From Hemiscyllium ocellatum (lineage: Eukaryota): a stretch of DNA of 64,000 bases. Positions within the stretch are counted from its first letter, which is position 1. Every line of letters starts with the position of its first letter. The DNA lies in contig NC_083406.1 of assembly GCF_020745735.1 (NCBI RefSeq), positions 72,951,164 through 73,015,163 of the forward strand, given 5' to 3'. A program made the translations under genes and the position numbers. The notes under the pieces were generated by a model. That model did not search any database and was not told the origin of the DNA. It saw nothing but the letters and a program-made list of their open reading frames with translations. Below, in pieces: positions 41,258 through 54,341 of the stretch.

Positions 41258-42041
41258 AGACACAGTATAGAAAAGAGAATTGATAGCAGCCTTTTACCCA
41301 ACCAAAAGGTGTCAGTGGTTAGTTCCACAAATATATGACATGAATAATATCACACAGCATTCAGGAGAGAAGAAAGGGAAAAAGGCTCCCTTATATTGAA
41401 TGTAATTTTGAATAGTCTTCTAAATTACTCAAGAGCTAACATTTGGCATTTTAATTAAAGGATGCAACATGTTTCAAAGATTTTCTTTTCAATGAACTAT
41501 CCTTGGGATGATATCGTACCTGGAGAGTAGGCATCAGTATAACTCCATGTCCCAAAAATGTGGCAGACAGCAAGGTGCATAAATTATTTTCCTTCTGAAC
41601 AGAAAGCTGGAACTGATTGCTTACAGAATATTAGCCATAAGGGGAAGCGCTATAACTCACAGTAGGTCAGTATGGTAAACGTCCTGCTGCACAGAGCGCT
41701 GCTGAGAGTACAACCGATTCAATGTAAAAGAATTCAGCATTCAGAAAATATTGTAAAAGCTAGATCTAAAGTGCATTGTTCAACTGTACAAAACCAACCA
41801 GCCATTTGCTGGTAAAAATCAATGATCTGTTTAGTGTGTTATAGACTGAAATATCTTTAAAGTAGATATCCCATATTTACTGAGCTTTAGTTCTGCATCT
41901 GTTATTATTCAAAAAAAACCTGTAGCCAAAGAATGCACCAGTTTCAATCCTTGAAAGGGATTTGAACGTCCTGGTCAACATGCAGTTATAAACAGAGCAC
42001 AACACAGATTTTTCGCTCAGATACAATGGAGAGACTATTGA

Positions 42042-42290
42042 ACTTACCTGCAAGTAACAAACACCACAGTCTTAATGTTTCAAAGATTGAACTGGACTTG
42101 ATATTTTCCAGCACGCGTAAGCCACACAAGCAGGGAAAGTATGCCCTTTGGAATACTACCAGCACTATTCACTGCCTTGCTTGTCATTTCTTTGTTCTCT
42201 TTACACTTGCCTTAGCAGCAACCATGCTGTTAGTGGGTGGGGATTTGCCTGCATTCAACTTCCTGTTATCAGCTTTAAATAATAGCTCAC
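42042..42290 (-). promoter_or_regulatory. Candidate non-coding first exon/promoter of ST6GAL2
   Basis: Perfect donor CAG|GTAAGT (exon end 42048), TATTTAAA at 42281-42274 and an ETS-like CAGGAAGT at 42265-42258. These sit in a repeat-free stretch with retained CpGs, on the same strand as ST6GAL2. Confidence 0.35.
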
Positions 42291-44499
42291 TCACACCCTT
42301 CTTTCATAAAACAGATGCCAGGGAAGTACAAAATGCGTATACCATAAAAATACCAGCCTTCTCACGGACGTATGGTAAATGTCTCCAGGCTGTCTGCACA
42401 AGCAAGCATTTCAAAATGACGAACAAGCACTGATTGACATTTCAGTGTTTTATTCTCTCCCACTATTTTACAGCTTCAGTCTGTTAATGAGCTGGAGTCG
42501 TATCCTTCAAGGGAAGCTAAGCACAGCAGACAATTGTTTCTTTAGTATTTAATTCTCATAGGTGGATAAAATTGCAGCAGAATGTCACCAATTTTTAGGC
42601 CTTTTTCATATGCAGTATACTGAAGCTGAAGCTGTTCTAAAGGTGTCCTTGAATAAGGTTGGAGACGGTGTTATATCTATAGTAAACACAATGATAGTTT
42701 AATGAGAAAATAAAGGAACTGCAGGTGCTGGAAATTTGAACTAACACCAGAAAATGTTGAAAACATCTGGTAAAACAAAATAAATAGGTTAACATTTCAG
42801 ATGTGAACAACATCAAATTGTTATTTTAACCATTTATTTTCAAACAGTGCTGTGAATGTAATTTGATACCTTCAATTATATACTTTAAGTTTACTGCTGG
42901 TACAGTTATATTTCTGTCACATTCTTAAACTTTATAATACTATTCAGTCCTATCCTACTGTATTCGCATCACCCCATTTCTACTTCATTGTCTCTGGCCT
43001 CTTATTTGTCACCGCCATTTACCCTGTTGTTGTGCCCACTTTAACTAACTAACATCATAAATGATTCACTCATTATCAGTATTCATGAAACCGTGCTTCA
43101 TGAAAATTCACTGTCACATCACTTCATTGGTTGTAAAGTGTTTTGGGATCTCCTGAGCTTGGAAAGGTGCCACGTAAATGCAAGTCTTTCCTTTCTTCTA
43201 AATAATCTTCCCTCAAGCAATACTGTTACTCCTGGTCTTGCAAGACCCTTCTTAGGAACTACCGTTTTGAATAAACATGTGATTCCCACTTTCAACACTC
43301 AATCGAAAAAAATTGCATCTCCAGTGAATTCGCTCAGTACTGTACTGGAATATAGCTTAGATTTATGTACTCAAGTCACTCGAGTGGGTCTTGATCTGAA
43401 ATACATTAGATTCAGATGTGAGAGCGCTACCACACCTGACACCACATATCAAGTTAAAGGTTTGGTCCTATATTGCAGGACATTACAAAAGGTATTAAAA
43501 GGTACAAAATAAGATGCGGTAAATCAAGAAACAGTAACTGAGAAATGCCACAGTTGCGTTTTAAAAGACTGTAGATTGTAGTAAAACAGTATATAAAGTG
43601 ATACTACCCTGGCGCAGATAGAGCCAATATAATTCACACACAAGGACAGCTAGCTGCTGTACAGACAACTTGTACTTCCCTTCTTGCACTCAGTTTATTT
43701 ATTAAACCAAACAAGTGACTTACATCCTGTAAGATATAAGTGCAAATTTAGCATCTGTATGTTTTTGTCATGTCTATTAACATCTGAATTATACTTCGGC
43801 AATGATTTTTAATTGCAGACAATGTGAAGATGTTTTCCAGGACATGATATTGCATAAAACAAAATTAACAGAAAACCAACAATTGTCACTGAGATCACTA
43901 TATTATCACTATTTTACTCTTATTTTTCTTCAGAGTGCATTGCCTGAATGTGATGGAGGCAGGTTCAATTGATATACTCAAAAGGGAATTAGATAGTTAT
44001 TTGAAAAGGAACAGTTGGCAGATTATGGAGCAAAGGCAAGACAATGGCACTAAGTTTAATGTTCCTTTGAGAGAGTAGCACAGACACAATGGGCTGAATA
44101 GTTTCCTTCTGTACTGTGCTGACTTTTTGATTTTGCAAAGCTTTTAAACAGAGAACTGGGAGTTTAATTCAACTGGAGAGTTGAAACAAAGATAAATTGT
44201 CTTCTCAATGGTATATAAATAGGTTTTGTCTCATTTACATGTTTGTATATTTATTCACAATGTCAGGTTCACATTTGCATGTGCTGGGAGAATCTAAAGA
44301 AATGTTAACCATTAAACAGGAAGAGCAGAATAGGAGGAGACAAATTATTTCAGCATGTGAAACCACATCTAGTCTAACTGGAAGAATCCTTTGTATGTAT
44401 CAAGATACAGTTTATTGCACATTAGCAACATGTAAAAGGTTACAATAATGAGATAGATTTTATTACAGAGAGTTTCAGGACAGCCAGAGGTTTGGGTTC

Positions 44500-47400
44500 A
44501 TTCCTCCAAGATTCTAACCTATTCTGCCAACAAGATTGAGTGACATTATAATGGATATTAATCATTTTAGACCCATTTCCAATTGCCCCCACTAATTTGT
44601 TTTCCATTATTAATATTATATTTCTGTGTATTTCATTATATTTACCATTAACCATCCACCCTCTCAACTCTGACTTTGAATCATCAGGTCATCTGGAAGT
44701 TTAATTACTCTTCTGTAAGGCATTCTTTTCAGACTTGGAAGGCTGATAGTTTGCTGCATGAAAGACTGATGTCTTTGTAAGTCTTTCTCGTAGTCTGAGG
44801 ACTATAAATTCCTTTAAACTGTATACCTATAATCTTTTTCTTCCTTCACAGAGAACATTTTGCTGCTGAAACAAGCAATTTCTTCGTTGCAGGGTCTTGA
44901 ATCATTGAGTGTTGGTTGTCCCTTCTGAACAATGGCTTCCATAGAGTTGTATGCACTGGATTTTCAATCTGTATCAGTGGATTTTTATTTACAATCCACC
45001 TGGACATTTGTACTGAGCATTTCACCTTTAACATCAGCTTGTTGATTGTTTGGACATTCTTCTTTGTCCAGGTTTTTATATCGTTAGTGGGACCAACATG
45101 TTCATTTCCTCGGCTCTGCTGTTTGTCAACTACTTTTGCCTCACCATGATCTCTGTAACAGTTGCTGAGAATTATTCCTAGGAAGATGAAGAAGTTGAAT
45201 ATTCTATGTGAACTTGCCTCTTCCAAGTATTTCAGCAGCTAATATTAGATTTGAATTTGTCGTAGTCATGTATTCACCAAGCTGTGTTACACCAAGTTAT
45301 ATCAGTTATAGTTTCGCCAATTTGCTCAATTGGATATGCTGTTGACTGGCTGTCTCAATACTTGTTTTTCCTTGCAAACCTTGCTGATTACTGTAGACTG
45401 AGCACTGTTCAGTTGATAGCAGTGGAAAATGTTTGTGCCAATACAGTACAGTCACAGGTTCCTATCTGATTCACAACATGAAACATATTTCTTATGCCAG
45501 AATAACTATTCTCAATGGATTCTGTGTTTTTTTCAAGTTCTGTCATGAGTCTAGCAAGCTGTATGAAATCTTCTACTGCCCGTCCCCTGATTAATTGTTC
45601 CTGAAACAGCTGCTCCTTGGTTTTAGCTCCTTTTGCCATTTAAAGAAGATTGAGGTCAAGGCATGCTTGCCTACGAAGAATAAGAATTGTTGATTATCAG
45701 GATGGATAGGTTTTCTCTTATTTTGTATCCTCTAATTGGTGAGTTGCTTGTATCATACCTTTAATCTTAAATGTTATACCTTTGAGATGCATTGCAAGCT
45801 GATGTTTCTTGTATCATGATTCATTATTTGATAAGATAGTGACTATCGATATAAGTATCAGCTTGCCAAAATTTCCACCCGGGATGCTTCAGATTTTTCT
45901 TCTCTAGTTGAGTTCTCTATCTTGTTAAACCCTTTGGGTGGATAGCGAGTTGATTTCTTGCTTTTCTAAAATTGTATGCCACATCTGTACATTTTCTGAA
46001 AGTGTGACAAATAAGGCATTCACTTTTAGTAGCTGGGCACTGTCTATGCCTGTCAGGTTTCTTTCCTCCATAGCACTATCAAGATGTTGTCATGTGTGGT
46101 CTTACTTATTATACTAGTTTCTTGTGTCTGCCATTTGCAGTTTTGTATTTTAGGAACTGAATAGTCTCTGATCTCCTGTGCAGAAAGTTGAAGCTCACCT
46201 CTTAATATTAATCTGTATTGCTTCTGGACTTCTGTCTCATTCATAAGTTGAATGGCTTTCACAAGGGTCAGATATTGTTTAGAGTGTAATAAATCTGACA
46301 AATACTCAACAGCAATTCTTACAACAATTCTGTCTCTTATGAATTCTAATTTGAAGACATCACAGTGACAGAAATTGAATCACTAATCTTTAGAAATCAA
46401 TAATCAAATCACTTTTGGGTTCTCCTGAATGCTGAACTGTTTTATTAAATCTTGTTCTTTCAAGAATATTATTAATTTTGAGGTTAAGGTAATTATTAAA
46501 AGCTTTCAGGTCTTCCTTAGTTTTTTTCATTGCTTCTCTCATTCTCTGATAAGCTATTATGTCATCAGACAGATCCCAATTGTCTAAGGATGTGTATTTA
46601 CTTGCACAGATTCTGACTTCACATCTAATTTGATAAGTATTCTGTATCTTAAATAATTGTTTTCTCTAAGATGTCCAGTTTAGTGTTAAATTTTCACCAA
46701 TTTTGAAATTAAGTCTTCTGAACAAAATTATTTCTGATGCTATGTCTTCCAAATAGTATGGCACATTTTGCTTGCAAAAGGTACCTTTATTGATTCTGCT
46801 AAATGGCAAAGCAAGCTTTAGGGACCAAATGGCCTACTCCTGCTCCTATTTCTATTGGCATTATAATTCCCATTAACAGTAGTTCTCCTGCCCTGTGCTG
46901 GAGCACTGGAGTGCTTTCTAACTAAAATGGAGGGGTCACACCTTTTCACAGCTAAACTGGATGATTGCCACCTTTTACAGTGAATATGGAAGATTCTTGC
47001 TCTTCATGGATAAAATGGAGAATTCTCAACCTTTTTCTGTAGTTTCGCTCTAAGATCCTGCTTTTGGTGGCTTTAAAATGTAATTCATGCTTCAATCAGT
47101 TTGATTGATTCATTCTTGATCCTGGCAGCTTAAATAAATGATTCCTACCTTTATCGTGGCTCATCTGAAAGATCGCCTGCCTTTTTTTTTGCAGCCTGAA
47201 TACAGTGTCTCAAGCTTTCTATCCCTTGTTTGACAAGGTTCACTTAAGATTTTAATTTGTCTGACATTATCACTTTAAAACTACAGACTCTGTGATGCTC
47301 TTTGCCTGTGGTCTCAGATTACACTTTCTTTTACAGTCCTTTACTTCCATTTCTGGATTCATTCCCCATAGTGCCCACCTGCAATGATTGTGATGCTCAG

Positions 47401-47930
47401 TCTAAGTTGTAAGTCATATAACGTCTCACTTCTCCAGCCTGAATCACTGCACCATCTTCAAGTTTCCCCAGTCCATCAGGATCTTAATCTTTATTCACAG
47501 AGCATCATTGCTGTGCTCTGACCGGACTACCCCAACAGGCTCTCCCACTCATGAGTCCAGGCTTTGTCTGCTTTGGAATTACTACTTGATTTCTCCAGGG
47601 AGTTAGTAACTCTCCTGTTGAAGTGGACCTCTGGAGATTTTACACTGGAGTTTTTTTTCCTTGCTGAGTATATCATGAGGATTTCTTCTGTAAGATTCAT
47701 AAATCTTCAGGTCTTCCTCACTGCCGTCTGTGCTTTATGAGCAGGAGACTTTAATTCACAGTTTATCATGGCTTGTATTAACAGTAAAGTCGAATCTGCA
47801 CTACTGTCGACCATACTGTCTGGGTGTAACAGCTCACAGAGATATCTTCTGAGATGCTGCTCATGGTGAAGATAGTTTGCTTTATACTTTTTTAGTGTAG
47901 GAAACAAGAGGGCATGCTTGATTTAGTGTA
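44500..47930 (-). mobile_element. Decayed Gypsy LTR retrotransposon copy B (gag with zinc knuckle, protease, integrase relics; no RT recognised)
   Basis: RTRFNK..., FIRDRIVV...LSDLLHSKQYLTLVKAIQ, QCPATKSECLIC (about 46050-46005), QACLDLNLL (about 45670), and an integrase-like relic at about 45140-45330. Confidence 0.65.
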
Positions 47931-48292
47931 GTAGAGGAAAACCACTTCTGGTCTAATTGTACTTGTCTTGTAGTTATGATATAATATCTGCAGTCAGTCA
48001 CCCACATTACCATCAGGGAGTGTTTGTTTGTTTTCTGACCCAATATCACTGAAGACGTGCTGATATATTTCTAAATCAGGATGGTCAGTGGATTGGATGA
48101 AACTTGTAAGTGCTCATATTTATCTGCTGTCTTTGTCCTTCTCATTTGTCATGGTCATGGGTTTGGAAGGTGCTATATAAGGGGATTTGGAGAATTTCTA
48201 CAATACATCTTGTTGATAGTACAGACTGCTGCTACTGATGGCCAGTGGTGGAGGATGTGGATGTGGTGCCAATTAAGCAGAGTGCTTGCAGG

Positions 48293-49197
48293 TTCATAGC
48301 TCCTTGAAAGTGGAGTACCAGGTAGTGAGGATAAAGAAGAAGGCGTTTGCTATGCTTTCCTTTATTGGTCAGAGTTTTGAGTATAGGAGTTGGGAGGACT
48401 GTTGTGGCTGTACAGGACATTGGTTAGACCACTGTTGAAATATTGCGTGCAATTCTTGTCTCCTTCCTATAGGAAAGATGTTGTGAAATTTGAAAGAGTT
48501 GTGGTTCTGTTCACCGAGCTGGGAATTTGTGTTGCAGACGTTTTGTCCCCTGTCTAGGTGACATCCTCAGTGCTTGGGAGCCTCCTGTGAAGCGCTTCTG
48601 TGATCTTTCCTCCGGCATTTGTAGTGGTTTGAATCTGCTGCTTCCAGTTGTCAGTTCCAGCTGTCTGTTGCAGTGGCCGGTATATTGGGTTTATAAAGAG
48701 TTCAGAAAAGATTTACAAGGGTTGGGGGGTTGGAGGGTTGGAGGATTTGAGCTATAGGGAGAGGTTGAATAGACTAGGGCTGTTTTCCCTGGAGCGTCGG
48801 AGGCTGAGGGGTGACCATATAGAGGTTTATAACATCATGAGGGGCACGGATAGGGCAAATAGACAAGGTCTTTTCCCTGGGGTGGGGGAATCCAGAACTA
48901 GAGGACATAGGTTTAGGGTGAGAGGGGAAAGATATAAAAGAGAACTAAGGGGCAACTCTTTAACGTAGAGTGTGGTACGTGTATGGAATGAGCTGCTAGA
49001 GGAAGTGGTGGAGGCTGCTACAATTGCAACATTTAAGAGGCATCTGGATGGGTATATGATAGGAAGGGTTTGGAGAGATATGGGCCAGGTGCTGCCAGGT
49101 GGGACTAGATTTGGTTGGGATACCTGGTCGGCATGGACGAGTCGGTCCGAAGGGTCTGTTTCCGTGCTGTCCATCTCTATGACTCAATGACTCTATA
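48293..49197 (+). mobile_element. CR1 LINE 3' part with a nested Penelope fragment
   Basis: LEDLSYRERLNRLGLFSLERRRLRGD and VRVWNEL; (ATGACTCT)-type tail. Confidence 0.9.
48501..48694 (-). mobile_element. Penelope family B 3' fragment with hammerhead (GAAA changed to AAAA)
   Basis: Homologous to 21605-21800; 8-bp TSD AAAGAGTT at 48493-48500 and 48695-48702; gca-CTGAGGA...ggggac-AAAA-c-GTC-tgc. Confidence 0.85.
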
Positions 49198-50535
49198 CTG
49201 TTAGCAACCAGCTATGATGACTTTGAGGAGGATCAGATCCTACACTGTTCTACGCACAAGTCCATTACATCATAGTGGGAGGTGTTTATGGTACTCATCA
49301 TTATTAACTCTTTCAGACCCAGATACAAGAGAATGCGATGCTGCATGTTCCTTCATGACACCATCTCTGTGGCCATCCAGCATAACAGTTCGTCACATAT
49401 TACACCTGTATTATAAGTCCTGCTGCTACAATCTGACTTGAGAATTGGTGACTTTGTACTGACTTTCAAGTTAGACAAATCGACACTTTCATCCATAAAT
49501 TTGAGCTTCAGCACATTGATTTGTATTCACAGCTCAACCTGGTGGGTTCTGCCAGGTTGATTTTTCTCTTCCTTCTACACAAAGCACATCCATATTAGCA
49601 TTGCTACTGTTAGAGCTGGGGGAGGGGGCATTGAGGGTAAAATATCAATAAGATAATTGGCAGAAAGGCTCATGGAAACCAAACTGGCAATGGAGAGAAA
49701 GAAGAAGACAAATTTATCTCAGAAAATCGATGTAGAATTGGCCTTAAAGCTGTAATTGTTTCTTTTTCAACGCTCCTATCTGCAGCTGGCTGTTGGACAC
49801 CCCTGGATAGCTGTTAAATACAAGCAAGTTTCGGAAATCGAACAACACTGTGTAATGGCTAGTCACGCACCTGGAATAGATTTTCATCACATTATAAAGT
49901 TTATTCCCATTTCTAACTGGGCCTCTGTTCAGCCACTGGAAGTGGATGTGATGTGCAAAAGAGGAGCAACATCGGCAGATCTCAGCACATTGTTTCCAGC
50001 ATGTTACCTCTTAGGAAGAGAAGCATGTACTGTGTAATTTACATAAAAATTGATTCCATGTTCAAATGCACTTTTAGTGTATCATATTGAAGCATCTTTT
50101 GCCTGATGGTTACTTGTGATATAGTGATCCCATGTCATTTTAAATGGAGGATATTTTCTTTTTCAACTTGTATAACTATCTTAAGTGCATTTCCTTGCCT
50201 TTTGCTGCTCTACCTTTGGAGCGGAAATTATTTCAGTCTATATGTAGCAAGTGATTTGACTTTCCAAAGTTCTGATTCTGACCTTAGCTTGTAAAAATCT
50301 CAGATCTAGCAACATAATAAGCATTCTATCTTAAATGTTTACTAACCTCCAGCCACAAACTCACAGTGCTGGATTACAAAACCTAAAATCCTACAGAGTC
50401 TTTGCATCATATGTGATCAAACCATCTATGATCGCCATTGGGAATGTGGCTGTTTTAACATTTCTTGCTTCAGGTTGTTCAACTTGCAGGATATTGAAAC
50501 CACCCATTATTAAAGCAAGGAGATATAGATGAATA

Positions 50536-50900
50536 GAGTCAACATTAGAGTGGAGCGGGAAAAGCACAGCAGGTCAGGCAGCATCCGAGGAGCAGGAAAA
50601 TCGACATTTTGGGCAAAAGCCCTTCATTGGGATTCCTGCTCCTCGGATGCTGCCTGACCTGCTGTGCTTTTCCAGCACCACACTAATCTTGACTCTGATC
50701 TCCAGTATCTGCAGTACCCACTTCTGTCTAGTTGATTTTAACTTTACTGCGAGTTTCCTGATGAAAGGCTTTTGTCCAAAACGTCAATTTTTCTGCTCTT
50801 CAGATACTGCCTGACCTGCTGTGCTTTTCCAGCACCATTCTAATCTTGACTCTGATCTCCAACATCTGCAGTACCCACTTCTGCCTAAATAAAGTTGAAT
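50536..50900. mobile_element. Penelope-derived family A element: one inverted arm plus two tandem 157-nt units
   Basis: Minus arm at about 50536-50630. Plus units with CTGCAGTACCCACTTCTG at 50709 and 50866. Hammerhead CTGATGA...AAAA-c-GTC at 50758-50785. Degenerate TSD ATATAGATG(G)AA(T/C)AGAGT. Confidence 0.82.
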
Positions 50901-52161
50901 GAATATAGATGGAACAGAGTGATGGCCAAATTATTCCAAGTTATTAGCCACCATCAGGTGCTTTGAGATTGAACTGTAATTTTATTGGAACAACTACTTT
51001 GCATTGCTAGACAAACTCAATACAAAGGTGAGCAGGTGGATAGGCCTATTTGAATTGAGTTTACCCAATCCAGTTAAAACAATCGCTTTGGGGCCAGTTA
51101 AAAACAGCTGATCTTGGTTCCTGAGCAGTTGGCTATGTCTAGCTGAAAACAGTTTGCATTGGTTGCTGGGTACCAGATGGAAGCAGTTCTTCCCAATTAC
51201 CAGGCAGGTAGCTTTAACCAACCTACTCAGAAGTGTCAAGACACATGTCTGGAGCAAATGAGACTTTGGCCTGGGCCTCCTGGCTCAAAGGTAGGCACAC
51301 TACCTCTAAAACAGCTTCTGTAAACAGGATGGTTTTGATTTCTTGACCTCTTGGTAGGGGTCCAGCATTCTCCTGCTGCGCCATTTGTTGGACCCCAGTT
51401 ACCAGTTCGATATTTTCTCAATGACTTGTTCAGAGATGTTATGACACATCTCCGGATCAGGCAGAACTTGAACCAAGGCTTCCTGATTCTGGGACACTAG
51501 CATTGCTCCACAGAGCCCTTCAATTACTAAATACCATGTATATGATAGGATACTATCCTTGGATAGAAATCTGCAAGTGATTTGTATTTATTTATATTCT
51601 GGATTTGAATCCATGTTCCCAGATTAATAGCTAGGGCCTCTAGTTTACTAGTCCAGTGACATTATCATTATAACACCACCTCCACCCTACTCCAAATACC
51701 AGGTATTTGAATTTTCACAGTCAAAAAAAAGCTGATATTAGTTGCTTGCCAGTCTGTCGGCAGTAGTTATCACTGGCTGAAGAAACAGTTATCACCTATT
51801 ATTTATTGTTGTTCCCAGTTGACCCCAATTTATATAAATAGAATTTAGTGAACATACCTCATACGAATTAAGCCCTTGAGCATGATAGTGTCCACAGTTG
51901 TGAAAAGCTAGTGAAAAGATACACTATCTGTAGCTCTAAATTCAAACTTTTATGTAGAAAACACATTTAAAGAAACATTGCATAATTCAAATAAATAAAC
52001 ACTTCCTTCCAAATAGGTCCAAGAAAATTAATGTTTCTTGTTAATGTCATGTATCTTCGTGGAGATATAATTTTACGTCATCTACTGTCACAGTTTTCAC
52101 AAAAAGCCAGGGATGTGGAGGGCACAGACAAAATCTACTGGTTGGTAGAGAGAAGAAAGGA

Positions 52162-52267
52162 GGAGAAAGTGAGGACTGCAGATGCTGGAGATCAGAGTCA
52201 AAAAGTGTGGTACTGGAAAAGCACAGTCAGTCAGGCAGCATCCAAGGAGCAGGAGAGTTGACGTTTC
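52162..52267 (-). mobile_element. Penelope-derived family A single arm ending near the hammerhead GAAAC
   Basis: Homologous to 5976-6080. Confidence 0.75.
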
Positions 52268-52739
52268 AAGCGTATGTTTTTCATCTCTCCCTCCCTCTTA
52301 CCCTCCCTCCCTCTTACCCTCTCTCCCTCTCAGCCAGACTGCACATGGCTTCATCTTACTGTCTCAATGGCCAATCAGCTTTCAGCTTCATGGAACAGCA
52401 GTCAATTAGTATACAGTAGGGGAAGGATCTCCAATTTTGAACTTGGGGCATGGTTAGGAACAGGCACCAAAATAACAGTCAATCAACCAGGTTCTCCTGA
52501 GATACTCAAAAGGGTATATTTTTGGATGGAAATAACATGCAAGGACACAGGAAAAAGCAGAAGATTGGCAGAAAGGGTGAGCTGAATGGCTTCCTTCTAT
52601 GCCTTAACACTTCTGCGATTCTGATTGGTAACCACTTTCTGGTGTGGTTACCACTGAGGTTGAGACAGCCTTGGCCATCAGGGCCACATTTGTTCCACCA
52701 CAGAAAGTAAAATCAAACCAACTTTTTAAACTTGGCCTG

Positions 52740-54060
52740 AACCACCATGTCTAGGCCACTTTCCAGCCCAGGGTATCTCTTCCCTTCCCCCCAAGTCTCC
52801 ATGTCTTTGCCTGACTCAGCAATCTCCTCCTCCCACCCTCCCCGACTCCCTCAGTCCTACCTGTGCTCCCTCAGCTCCTGGTTTACCCCTGTTCTCCCTC
52901 TGCTCTTGGCCTGCTGCTTTGGTTCTCTGCCCATTCCTATGGCTCCTAGCCCACTCTCCAGGCTTTCCCTCAGCTTACACAACTCTTGGCCCATTCTCCC
53001 ACTTCCGCCTAAACCTTCCCACATTCCTTTGGCTCTCAGCCCATACCCTTAGTTCTCCTTGCACCTAGATTTTCACCCACAGTTCCTCCCCCAATCTCCC
53101 CGTTCTTAACCTGCTCACCCAGCCCTTTCGTCCCTTCCACTTACCCAGCTCTGCTGCCGTCACTCTCTGTCCTCTCCCTCCCTCCACCCAGCATTTTCCT
53201 CACTTTCCCAGCATTCTCTCCACTTCCCTTCTGTTCCTCCATCTCTACCTCACTTTCTCAGCTCTTCGCTCACTATGTTAGATATTCAAACGTCTTCGCA
53301 CTGCCTCAGAGAACATTCCTGTCAGCTGTCTCTACCCATCACCATCCCACCAACTCCCCCCAACCCCTATATCTGTCATCCTGCCAGTAGCTCCATTTCA
53401 GTGTTGCTAGGCCTCAGACCCTGCTGTCCTTCCCCCTGCCACCTGTCCATCCTGTTGGGGAGGAAAGGTGAGTGAGGGCAGAGGTGTGAGTGAGGGTGAC
53501 TGAGGGTGAATGCATAGGAGACGGTAAATAAGAAAGGGAAGGTAAGTGAGAGTACAAGGGCAAATGAATGAAGGTGGATGAGTGAGTAAAGAATTGAGAG
53601 TGAGTGAGAAAGTGGGTGTCAGTGAGTGATTTCATGAGAAGTAAAAATGAATGAGAACGTGAAGATGAGTAGGGTGAGGGTGAATGAGTGAGACTGAGTG
53701 AGTAAGTGAGGGTGGGTGAGTGAGTGAATGAAGGTGGGTAAGTGAATGAGGGTGAGAGTGAGTGAGGCTGTAAGTGAAAGTGGGTGTGGGTGAGAGTGAA
53801 TGAAGGTGAGAGGTGGTGATGGTGAGAGTGGGTAAGGTTGAAAGTGGGTGAGGGTGAGGGCTAGAGTGAGTGAGGGCGAGAGTGGATAATGGTGAGAGTA
53901 GGTTAGGGTGGGTGCCCAGGAGCATCCAAAAAATGTCATCCTCAGGCTCATCTTTGTGCTCTCTCTTGTCCATGGCCAACACTTAGCTCTGTGATCTCCT
54001 GACCCTCCCCCTAATTTTCCTCCTTATCTTCCTCAACATTGATCTTATCCTGATACTCTC
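52740..54060. repeat. Low-complexity block: C/T-rich (52740-53450), G-rich GTGA-like (53460-53915), then C/T-rich
   Basis: Visible compositional switch; degenerate GTGAGTGA/GGGTGA units. Confidence 0.7.
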
Positions 54061-54109
54061 TAATCTCTATCTCTCAGTAACACAGATCGTGTGAATTCAA
54101 GGAGGAGTG

Positions 54110-54341
54110 TATCTAAACCTGTCGCCTATTTTCTAAGCATCTGTGTCCCTCTGCTCCCTGCCCATTCTGTCTAGATACATCGTAAATGACACTATCGTGC
54201 CTACCTCTACCACCTCCACTGGCAATGTGTTCCAGGCACCCACCACCCTCTATGTAAAGAATTTTCCACACATATCTCCCTTAAACTTTCCCCTCTCACT
54301 TTGAATTCGTGACCCCTAGTAATTGAGTTCCCCACTCTGAG
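54110..54341 (-). repeat. 232-bp near-identical duplicate of the CR1 segment at 55237-55468
   Basis: 5 substitutions and no indels by manual alignment. Confidence 0.85.

Noticed and set aside
42026-42433. 135-aa plus-strand ORF; also 43093-43512, 58568-58966 and 38168-38548
   Set aside because: No recognisable domain or splice context; lengths are compatible with chance or repeat origin.
53414-53982. His/Thr/Leu/Ser-rich ORFs
   Set aside because: Translation of low-complexity GTGA repeats.
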